NCBI GenBank assembly: GCA_023251835.1 | Contig: JAHEXZ010000015.1 | Coordinates: 25,568 to 89,567, forward strand | Origin: Bacteroidota bacterium | GTDB lineage: Bacteria > Bacteroidota > Bacteroidia > 2-12-FULL-35-15 | Direction: 5' to 3' | Length of the DNA stretch: 64,000 nucleotides | In this document: in pieces, positions 17,900-25,016 of the stretch | How positions within the stretch are numbered: position 1 is the first letter of the stretch | Layout of the letters: every line of letters starts with the position of its first letter | The notes under the pieces: model-generated | Seen by the model: the letters and a program-made list of their open reading frames with translations, nothing else | Told to the model about the DNA's origin: nothing | The model's database searches: none | Position numbers and translations under genes: made by a program

Positions 17900-18105
17900 T
17901 TTAACCCTAATTGTTTTCGCAAAAGAGAATCGGCAACAGAATCTTTCTTCCTGTAATCAGCGATAACAGTTTCTGATTTCGTTCCTTTGCTTGTAAGTAC
18001 GTTGCTTTTTGGCCGAAACCATCCCCCCCGTGCCCATGATCCGCCAGCATTTGAATAAATTGTGACCAAACAAAACATTAGTGCATAAAATAATTTTTCT
18101 TTCAT
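17896..18105 (-). CDS. Small secreted or membrane-anchored hypothetical protein (69 aa)
   Basis: The N-terminus is hydrophobic (FYALMFCLVTIYSNA). It is tightly packed between the methyltransferase and CxxC genes. Confidence 0.4.
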   Translation of the reverse strand: MKEKLFYALMFCLVTIYSNAGGSWARGGWFRPKSNVLTSKGTKSETVIADYRKKDSVADSLLRKQLGLK

Positions 18106-18114
18106 TAAAAAAAG

Positions 18115-19086
18115 TTAACAACAACCACCGCCATCATAAAACCAAGTTGATTCAGAAATAAAAATATCCTTTCTTCCGAGTGATTTCAAGGCATTGGCTG
18201 TTTTATCGCAGACAGAAAGTGGCTGATTGAAATTCAGAATATGACGTTTATTATCATCATAAAATCCTTTCGTTCCGAAATAAATCGCTGTTTTTCCAGT
18301 GAACACACAGGGTCCGTCATCAGGCATCGGGTCTTTAACAGCGCACACTTCCACACTTTCAATAAAAATATTTTTTAGAGTATCATAATTTTCTGGGTCA
18401 AGAATTCTGTAAGGGCGTTTCGCTCTTACTTCAACAGTTCCGAAACCTACATCGGTAATCATTTTTATGTATTCCTTCAACGGCATCGCTCCGCTTAAAC
18501 ACATTGCTCTCAATACCTCGTCATTCTTGAGAGAATCAGAAATATTATCTTCACAAACAGGGTCGGATAAAACTAATCTGCCATTCGGTTTAAGCACACG
18601 ATACATTTCCTTCAATGCTTTTTTCAAATCTTCTTGTTTGAAAATATTGAATAAACAATTTTGAGCGGCAACATCTATACTTTCATTTTCAATGGGCAGA
18701 TTCAATGCATCCCCCTTTCTTACATCAATAAATTCCGATTTAAACCAATTGTTTTGCTTCATTGCATCAAGGAAGTTACTTTTACAAGCATGAAGCATTT
18801 CATCTACTACATCTATTCCAATCACTCCATTTTTCTTCCTGCTGAAATAGGAGAATTGCAAAAGTTCCATTCCTCCTCCAACTCCAACATAGAGTATGGT
18901 TGGTTCATTCACTAAATCTCGCGGATGGACCGTGCTTCCACAGCCGTAATTCATTTCCAACATTTTTTTTGGAATTTTCAATCCCGGTAATTGCCATACT
19001 GGTGTCGTGGTGCAGCACAATCCTACATTGGGCGTTTCAGCCGCTTCTTTATAAACATTTTTTGCTGTTTCAAGATAGGTTTCCAT
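18115..19086 (-). CDS. arsM: ArsM-like SAM-dependent (metalloid) methyltransferase
   Basis: The N-terminus has an LCC pair and YGCGST. The SAM motif is VGVGGGMEL. QNCLFNIF, VLKPNGRLVLSD and RAMCLSGAM parallel the conserved ArsM Cys-containing blocks. The protein ends in GGGCC. Confidence 0.65.
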   Translation of the reverse strand: METYLETAKNVYKEAAETPNVGLCCTTTPVWQLPGLKIPKKMLEMNYGCGSTVHPRDLVNEPTILYVGVGGGMELLQFSYFSRKKNGVIGIDVVDEMLHACKSNFLDAMKQNNWFKSEFIDVRKGDALNLPIENESIDVAAQNCLFNIFKQEDLKKALKEMYRVLKPNGRLVLSDPVCEDNISDSLKNDEVLRAMCLSGAMPLKEYIKMITDVGFGTVEVRAKRPYRILDPENYDTLKNIFIESVEVCAVKDPMPDDGPCVFTGKTAIYFGTKGFYDDNKRHILNFNQPLSVCDKTANALKSLGRKDIFISESTWFYDGGGCC

Positions 19087-19088
19087 AT

Positions 19089-20198
19089 TTAAAAATTAAT
19101 TTTAGTTAGAAGTAAATAAATTAATGCACTTATAATTGCTGCAACAGGAAGTGTGAGTAGCCACGAAAGAAAAATTTCTGAAATAACTTTTGTGTTTGCC
19201 TTTTTTGTTATTGTCCCGATTCCAAATAACGAACCCACCGAAACGTGTGTGGTAGAAACCGGAAGCCCATTTACACTTGCTGTTGAAACAAGAAGCGCAG
19301 TTACAAGATTTGCTGTGAATCCTTGTCCGTGATTCATGGTAGTAATTTTTTTACTCATTGTTTCTCCCACTTTTTTTGCATTGAGTAAACCGCCAATGAC
19401 AATAGCAACAGCAACGGCTCCTGCTCCGATATGCACGTCAAGTGCAGTGATTAGAAGCAAAAGTCCAACCATCTTCGGTGTATCATTCACCCCCCTTGCA
19501 AAACTTACTGCGCCTGCGCTGATGAAATGAAAAGCATCTAAAATTTTCTGCGCTGAAATTCCAACGATAGTTCCATTGTATTGCTCTACACATTGATTAA
19601 CAGTCCCTATTTTTATTGCTATTGAATTTTCTGCAATCGCAGTTTTATCTCCAAAAGCGTAAACTTTTTGTTCCTGCACCACACAAGCACAGGATTCTTT
19701 TGTGATGCCTGATTTTTTTCTTGCTGAAGCGAAAACAAAATACAAGAACATACTTGCGACAGCAGCAATGAGTGGACTTAAAATGAGAGGGAGAAAAAAT
19801 GTTCCTCCGAGTTTTCCGAAATTAAATTGTGAACCAACTGCAATCAATCCGGCTCCTGTAAGCGCGCCTACCAATCCATGTGTAGTGGAAATAGGCATTC
19901 CTATTCTTGTAGCGAGAAAGACGGTGACCGCTGCACCGAGAGCAACTGCAATGGCAAACGAGGGAGAAGCAATCAGTGAATCGGGAACTAACCCTTTTCC
20001 TGAAAAATTTTTTACGAGAGATGAAGCAAGAAAAATAGAAGCCACCGAGCCGAGCAAAGTGGTAATAGTTGCCCAATTGATCGCCTTTTTGTAATCTGTT
20101 GTCCCGCTGCCGAATAAAGTGGCAACTCCTTTGAAGTTATCGTTTGCACCGTTGGAATAAGCGAGAAAGATAACAGCTGTGAAAATTAAAAATGGCAT
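19089..20198 (-). CDS. Inorganic phosphate transporter, PiT/PHO4 family
   Basis: Contains NGANDNFKGVATLFG and a second repeat, RGVNDTPKMVG. The protein is polytopic. I prefer the internal ATG at 20198, because the 23 extra N-terminal codons of the track ORF read through the trx remnant. Confidence 0.85.
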   Translation of the reverse strand: MPFLIFTAVIFLAYSNGANDNFKGVATLFGSGTTDYKKAINWATITTLLGSVASIFLASSLVKNFSGKGLVPDSLIASPSFAIAVALGAAVTVFLATRIGMPISTTHGLVGALTGAGLIAVGSQFNFGKLGGTFFLPLILSPLIAAVASMFLYFVFASARKKSGITKESCACVVQEQKVYAFGDKTAIAENSIAIKIGTVNQCVEQYNGTIVGISAQKILDAFHFISAGAVSFARGVNDTPKMVGLLLLITALDVHIGAGAVAVAIVIGGLLNAKKVGETMSKKITTMNHGQGFTANLVTALLVSTASVNGLPVSTTHVSVGSLFGIGTITKKANTKVISEIFLSWLLTLPVAAIISALIYLLLTKINF

Positions 20199-20229
20199 CG
20201 CATTATTTTTTAAGCATAAATTTGTGTAT

Positions 20230-20435
20230 TCAATACTGGCTGGAAATTTCCGGGTTGCCATCCACATTCAATTTCCCGATAACCACTTTCCCTTCGCATT
20301 CCTTTGAAAGTTCATCTACAATGGGACCAACCATTTGGCAAGAACCACACCATTCTGCCTAGAAATCTACCTATACCGGTTTTCTGATTTCATTACCACT
20401 TCATTGAAGTTGGTATCTGTTAATTCTGTTGACAT
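20230..20435 (-). pseudogene. trxA: Thioredoxin pseudogene (frameshift, two in-frame TAG codons, 3' truncation)
   Basis: Reads MSTELTDTNFNEVVMKSE, then a 1-nt shift, then [48 protein letters not shown]. The WCGxC active site is recognisable, and the last ~35 aa of a normal Trx are missing. Confidence 0.8.
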
Positions 20436-20499
20436 AGTTTTAATTTTTTTGATCACTAATTTTTCTTTTACAATGCTAAATTATACGAAAGGAACTAAT

Positions 20500-20521
20500 T
20501 TTTTGTGGAATTAACAAAAAT
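20500..20521. promoter_or_regulatory. Palindromic motif TTTTTGTGGAATTAACAAAAAT, copy 2
   Basis: Has perfect TTTTTGT-N7-ACAAAAA symmetry. It lies 65-86 nt upstream of the trx remnant start. Confidence 0.45.
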
Positions 20522-20584
20522 ATTTTGATAACTAATGGCGAGTTCTTATTTTTGAGATAAAAAAATGGGATAATTGTATTATCA

Positions 20585-20830
20585 AACAGCCGGAGAAATA
20601 TTTTCTAACCAGGCAAGAGACACTTGCAATCATCCTTGCTCATCGTCAGCAGAAGGATAAGAGTATAGCAGATAGACTAAAACAATCTTATTTTTAATAA
20701 GGGATTTAGTTATGTAGAAGTATCGGAGTTATTATTATTGGACGAGAATACCATACGTAACACATACGAAATTTTTGTTCGTGAAGGAAAAATTTTTCAA
20801 AACCTAAGTTGGTTTGGTATAGTTTACTGC
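20585..20830 (+). pseudogene. Degenerate helix-turn-helix remnant (IS630-like transposase N-terminus?)
   Basis: Two broken frames read ETLAIILAHRQQKDKSIADRLKQS and KGFSYVEVSELLLLDENTIRNTYEIFVREG. No intact ORF remains. Confidence 0.3.
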
Positions 20831-20872
20831 ACAATGAAAGAGTGTCAGATGAATGACATAGAGTTACATTTC

Positions 20873-21676
20873 CTAAATCGCATCCGCAAAAATCTTTGAT
20901 AATTTTTTATCAGCTTTTCCTGCAACTTCGATTATTTCCTCAATGCTTATGGGTTTTAGATTATCGGGGTCGCACTCATCTGTTATAACTGACACTGCCG
21001 CACATTGCAGTCCCAAATGGTTTGCAGCAATCACTTCGGGCACAGTGCTCATTCCTACCATATCTACCCCTATATTTTTCAGCATCCGATATTCAGCAGG
21101 GGTTTCCAACATGGGGCCCGCCACAGCTGCATAGACACCTTTTTTCAAAATCACTTTTTCAGATAAACCACATTTTTTCAATTGCTGTTGAAGTTCCAAT
21201 GAATAGGGCTGACTCATGTCGGGGAATCCCGGACCGAATGAATCTTCGTTTTTTCCGATAAGAGGATTCCCTGGAAGAAGATTGATATGGTCGTCAATCA
21301 AAACCAAATCTCCCTTTTTAAAATCTAAATTGATTCCACCTGCCGCGTTGGAAAGAAAAAGATTTTTCACGCCAAGCATTTTCATAACACGAATGGGAAA
21401 AACGATTTGCTGAAAAGAATATCCTTCGTAGAAATGAAATCTTCCCTGCATCGATATCACTTTCTTTTTTCCTATCTCACCATAAATTAAATTCCCCTTA
21501 TGAAATTCCACAGTTGAAACTGGGAAGTGGGGGATTTCAGAATAAGGAATAGTTGAAATAATTTTTAAATGAGTGATGAATTGGTTAAGCCCTGTGCCGA
21601 GAACAATTCCATAATCAGCATTCCCCATCCCCTTGCCTCTGAGAAAATTTTCTGTTTCTTTGATTTTTTCGTACAT
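20873..21676 (-). CDS. Purine nucleoside phosphorylase, PunA/MTAP (trimeric PNP) fold
   Basis: Contains GIVLGTGL, GRFHFYEGY, SNAAGGIN, VAGPMLETPAEYRML and GMSTVPEV. 267 aa. Confidence 0.85.
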   Translation of the reverse strand: MYEKIKETENFLRGKGMGNADYGIVLGTGLNQFITHLKIISTIPYSEIPHFPVSTVEFHKGNLIYGEIGKKKVISMQGRFHFYEGYSFQQIVFPIRVMKMLGVKNLFLSNAAGGINLDFKKGDLVLIDDHINLLPGNPLIGKNEDSFGPGFPDMSQPYSLELQQQLKKCGLSEKVILKKGVYAAVAGPMLETPAEYRMLKNIGVDMVGMSTVPEVIAANHLGLQCAAVSVITDECDPDNLKPISIEEIIEVAGKADKKLSKIFADAI

Positions 21677-21685
21677 ACAATTCTC

Positions 21686-22375
21686 TTATTGAATGTGATT
21701 CTGATAATACCTTACAATTTCCTCCTGTGAAAAACCGAGATAGTAAAGAATATTTATCACTGTATAATTCCATTGCAGGCGGAGCATCCCGTTCTTACGG
21801 TATCTTCTTGCTGATGTAACAACATAATCCGGTATAACGGAAAATTTTCCCTGTTTTGTAATTCTTCTCACAATATCATTATCTTCCATTATTTCCAGAT
21901 TAATGTCGAAGCCGTTTATTTTTCCAAACAAATCACGCTTCGCAAATAATGACTGGTCTCCGAAGCGACATAGATTATTATTGAACCTTGTGAACCAACT
22001 GAAAAATCTGAAGAAAGGATGTTTGCTGTCAAATTTCATTCTGAAACAACCGGCATCATTACCGTCTTTTATGGATTGAAGAATCCGCTCATCAAATTTT
22101 TTGGGTGGAATAGTATCCGCATGAAGAAAATAAAAAATGTCTCCCGTAGCAAGATTTGCTCCTGTATTCATTTGAAGTGCCCTGCCTCTTCGCTCTGTTA
22201 GAAAAACTTTTGCACCAGCCCGTTTCGCAATTTCAGCGGTGTTATCTCCGCTACAAGCATCCACAACAATAATTTCCTGAATATTTCTCTCGGAAGAATT
22301 ATTTTTCAAGGTATGAACAAGTTTTTCAATTCTCTCAGATTCGTGGCAAGTCGGTATGATAATGCTGATTTTCAT
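21686..22375 (-). CDS. Family 2 glycosyltransferase, TIGR04283-like (transferase 2, rSAM/selenodomain-associated)
   Basis: Contains ISIIIPTCHE, GRALQMNTGA, FLHADT, FGDQSLF, IMEDNDI and SARRYRKNG. Confidence 0.75.
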   Translation of the reverse strand: MKISIIIPTCHESERIEKLVHTLKNNSSERNIQEIIVVDACSGDNTAEIAKRAGAKVFLTERRGRALQMNTGANLATGDIFYFLHADTIPPKKFDERILQSIKDGNDAGCFRMKFDSKHPFFRFFSWFTRFNNNLCRFGDQSLFAKRDLFGKINGFDINLEIMEDNDIVRRITKQGKFSVIPDYVVTSARRYRKNGMLRLQWNYTVINILYYLGFSQEEIVRYYQNHIQ

Positions 22376-22989
22376 TTTTTTATTTGAATTTTTCCTAATT
22401 CACCGATGTTATCTTCTGTATCAATATCAGATAATGCAGGGAGCAAGTGATATTTCAGTTGTAATTTTTTAAGAATGTTAATACTGTCAAGCAAAACATT
22501 TTCCGTGCTCCAGGGAATATTTTCAAATAATTCTTTGTGGAGCGATTTCATTCCAAGAAGATAATATCCTCCGTCTATCGCTGGACCAATTACCACATCA
22601 TTATTATCGAGTGTTTCAAATGCTTTTTGAAGCATTTCTGTTTTCAATTCATGGCAATCTGTACCTATTATGAGAACCTTTTCATATTTATTTTGAAATT
22701 CAAAAGCAAAAGCATTTTTCATTCGCTCTCCTAAATCGCTTCCGTCTTGTACATATTTTTGATAAAAATCCTTGTCCCACATATCATTTTTGTCAATAAA
22801 ATCAGAATAGAAAATTGCTTTGTCGCAATTTTTTAATTGTGCGACAATATTTCCGGTATAGTGAAGAAGCATCTTATAAATTTGAAGTGCCTTCTCGTTT
22901 CCAATGCTTTTTGCAAGACGGGTTTTAACTTTCCCTTTGACAGGGTTTTTCATAAAAACCATAAGCAAGTATTTGTTTTTTTCTTTCAT
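22372..22989 (-). CDS. DUF2064 / TIGR04282-like (transferase 1, rSAM/selenodomain-associated; CofC/MobA-like nucleotidyltransferase fold)
   Basis: Contains VFMKNPVKGKVKTRLA, QDGSDLGERM, IIGTDCHEL, GPAIDGGYYLLGM, IPWSTENV and LSDIDTEDN. Confidence 0.75.
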   Translation of the reverse strand: MKEKNKYLLMVFMKNPVKGKVKTRLAKSIGNEKALQIYKMLLHYTGNIVAQLKNCDKAIFYSDFIDKNDMWDKDFYQKYVQDGSDLGERMKNAFAFEFQNKYEKVLIIGTDCHELKTEMLQKAFETLDNNDVVIGPAIDGGYYLLGMKSLHKELFENIPWSTENVLLDSINILKKLQLKYHLLPALSDIDTEDNIGELGKIQIKK

Positions 22990-22992
22990 CTT

Positions 22993-24039
22993 TTATTTTG
23001 TAATTGCTCCCTGACAACTTGAACCTGCCCCGGCAGTACATCCGAAACAATGCTGATTAACGATAATATTTCTTTCAGAAAGATTTTTGGTATTGAATTC
23101 GCTGATATGCTGAGGCGCATTTTTCTGAACTTTTAGTTCAAGCATCTGGTTAAAATCACAGTCGTATAAATATCCATCCCAACTGACTGAAATCGTATTT
23201 CTGCACATCACGCCTTGTGCGGCTGTTGCATTAAAAGCATTCACAAGCGTCTCCATATATTTTTCGTATTTCCCGAGCATGAGCAAGTAATCTAAAAACC
23301 TGCTGATAGGAAGATTGTTTATTGTATAAAGGTTATTAAAAGCGATTCCAAATTTTTCTCCAAGTTCATGTTTATAATCTGAGTGAAGTTTTTCCTGCGA
23401 ACCGGCTAACGAAGCTCCGATAGGATTAAAAACAAGATGTAACTCCAATCCTGTTTCTTCTTTTCCATAGCCAATTTTATTCAACATTTTTAACGATTCA
23501 ATCGAATGATTAAAAACTCCTTCTCCTCTTTGCTTATCTGTATTTTCTTTTGTGTAACATGGAAGAGAAGAAATCACAATTACTTTATGCTTTTTAAAAA
23601 ATTCAGGATACATTTTGAATTTTTTATTTGAAACAAGAATTGTGAGATTGCTTCGCACTATAATTTTTTTCCCGAGTTTGAAAATTTCCTCAACAAACCA
23701 TTGAAATCTTGGATTCATTTCAGGTGCGCCACCAGTTAAATCAATAGTATTCACCGAAGATTTCTTAATCGCTTCTAAACACAACTGCATTGTTTCGCGT
23801 GTCATAATTTCTTTTCGGTCAGGTCCTGCATCCACATGGCAATGCGCGCAGGTTTGATTGCACATTTTTCCAAGATTGATTTGCAGAATATCAAGAGAAA
23901 TTGGTTTTAAAGGATAAAGACCGATGTCTTTCAATTTTTCCGAAAAGGCAGGGACTAAAGCTTTGCTATCCTCAAGAATTGAAATTTGGTTCTCTGCAAC
24001 TGAGATTTTGTTGCCGCTTGATTTTAATGACTTTAACAT
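22993..24039 (-). CDS. arsS: Radical SAM/Cys-rich-domain protein, ArsS-like (TIGR04167 family)
   Basis: Contains CNQTCAHCHVDAGP (CxxxCxxC) and a C-terminal HCFGCTAGAGSSCQG Cys cluster. The track ORF starts at a TTG (24066), but the first ATG is at 24039. Confidence 0.75.
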   Translation of the reverse strand: MLKSLKSSGNKISVAENQISILEDSKALVPAFSEKLKDIGLYPLKPISLDILQINLGKMCNQTCAHCHVDAGPDRKEIMTRETMQLCLEAIKKSSVNTIDLTGGAPEMNPRFQWFVEEIFKLGKKIIVRSNLTILVSNKKFKMYPEFFKKHKVIVISSLPCYTKENTDKQRGEGVFNHSIESLKMLNKIGYGKEETGLELHLVFNPIGASLAGSQEKLHSDYKHELGEKFGIAFNNLYTINNLPISRFLDYLLMLGKYEKYMETLVNAFNATAAQGVMCRNTISVSWDGYLYDCDFNQMLELKVQKNAPQHISEFNTKNLSERNIIVNQHCFGCTAGAGSSCQGAITK

Positions 24040-24130
24040 AGTGTTGTTTTTATTTTCATAGTACAAAGTAATCTATTAGCAATGTATAGAAATGTCATTT
24101 TACGCGACAAACAAACTTTCGGATAGTTGT

Positions 24131-24363
24131 GAATAGAAATAATTCTTTTATACATTGTGTATTTTTGCTATGTAAGTGTGTGTGGCAGCAAAAATATTTT
24201 TTAGGTTCCAAACAGGAAAATATATTGTTGATCTTTTATGAACAAAAAGAATTTTTATTCACGAAATTTATATTATTTGGGTGTAAGTTTTTGAAAATCA
24301 ATTAATTGATTTTTTTTGTTTTTCGAAGAAAACAATTGCTGCAGGAGGGATTTTTTAATTATT
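24131..24363. repeat. Direct repeat copy B (233 bp)
   Basis: 226/233 identical to 14837-15069. It carries a duplicate ATG plus 8 codons and a duplicate -7 box, now lying upstream of arsS. Confidence 0.9.
24189..24196 (-). promoter_or_regulatory. Duplicated -7 box TATTTTTG, positioned to drive the arsS-side operon
   Basis: Same motif as 14895-14902, within repeat B. Confidence 0.35.
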
Positions 24364-24371
24364 ACAGTTTA

Positions 24372-25016
24372 TTAGTTCATAATACAACGTACAGAGAGGC
24401 CACTTCCCATGCTGCCATCGTCTCTTCCTATATCACTAAAACTGGAATGTAAAGTTCTTCCCCAGGCTTTATTTTTATTTTTTGATTCCGTAGCAGTCCA
24501 AAAGCATGCATTATTTCCTGCATACAGAAAAGAACCTACACTGTAACGGTAACCGCCCGGTAAGCCGGAAAAGCCGGTTTCATTGGTTGCATTTCCATTG
24601 TGTTTCCAGCCTCTTTTGGCTTTAATTTTCGCCCCGGCTTCTTCTCCACCAAGGTTATTAATCAGTTGATCCCATTCTTCGTCTGTAGCGATGTGAAATC
24701 CCTTGGGTGCTAACCCACGAGGGTCATTGACAGCATACCAGTTGTATAGCTTTCCATATTTGGCACCGTTTTCTTCGTCATTATCATAGTAACACCAGGC
24801 TCCTGTTTTCATTTTTGACCATAATGTAGGATTTTTTACCTGGGGAATGGTATCTCCGTTGCGGTAAGTACAAACGTCTAAATTTTCAGCCATCCATACT
24901 TGTTCTTTAATTTTTATTATTTTAAAAATATGTTTATCCTGGTCAGTGCCTTTTTCATTTGAAGTAAATAGTACTAGTGCGAGTAACGCAGTGATACTAA
25001 TAATACCTTTTCTCAT
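24372..25016 (-). CDS. FISUMP-domain (Fibrobacter succinogenes major paralogous domain, TIGR02145-like) lipoprotein
   Basis: Contains WMAENLDV, YGKLYNWYAV, LAPKGFHIATDEEW, TGFSGLPGGYR and FWTATE. Confidence 0.75.
   Translation of the reverse strand: MRKGIISITALLALVLFTSNEKGTDQDKHIFKIIKIKEQVWMAENLDVCTYRNGDTIPQVKNPTLWSKMKTGAWCYYDNDEENGAKYGKLYNWYAVNDPRGLAPKGFHIATDEEWDQLINNLGGEEAGAKIKAKRGWKHNGNATNETGFSGLPGGYRYSVGSFLYAGNNACFWTATESKNKNKAWGRTLHSSFSDIGRDDGSMGSGLSVRCIMN

Larger units (their letters stand above)
15070..24130. mobile_element. 9.1-kb accessory island between the direct repeats (mosaic, probably immobilised)
   Basis: Flanked by the 233-bp repeats. It holds two IS remnants and a decayed trx, and all its intact genes are co-oriented on the minus strand. 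Confidence 0.6.

Noticed and set aside
20199-20267. A 23-codon N-terminal extension of the PiT ORF ([23 protein letters not shown]).
   Set aside because: It overlaps the trx pseudogene remnant in another frame and is not hydrophobic or PiT-like. The internal ATG at 20198 yields a normal PiT N-terminus (MPFLIFTAVIFLAYSNGAND).
20230-20435. The two in-frame TAG codons in the thioredoxin reading frame as possible amber recoding (pyrrolysine or suppressor).
   Set aside because: The same gene also has a 1-nt frameshift and lacks its 3' third. The TAG codons replace conserved Leu and Trp codons by single substitutions. No pyl genes are visible. Decay is the simpler explanation.
18115-24066. Selenocysteine (in-frame TGA) in the ArsS-like or methyltransferase genes, since homologues are reported to carry Sec in their C-terminal Cys-rich regions.
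   Set aside because: Both ORFs are uninterrupted and encode Cys at the candidate positions (…SSCQG and …GGGCC followed by TAA). No in-frame TGA and no obvious SECIS-like hairpin was seen.
14837-24363. The repeated 233-bp units considered as a CRISPR array or a tandem repeat array.
   Set aside because: There are only two copies, they are 9.3 kb apart and each is 233 bp long. There is no short repeat-spacer periodicity anywhere in the window.
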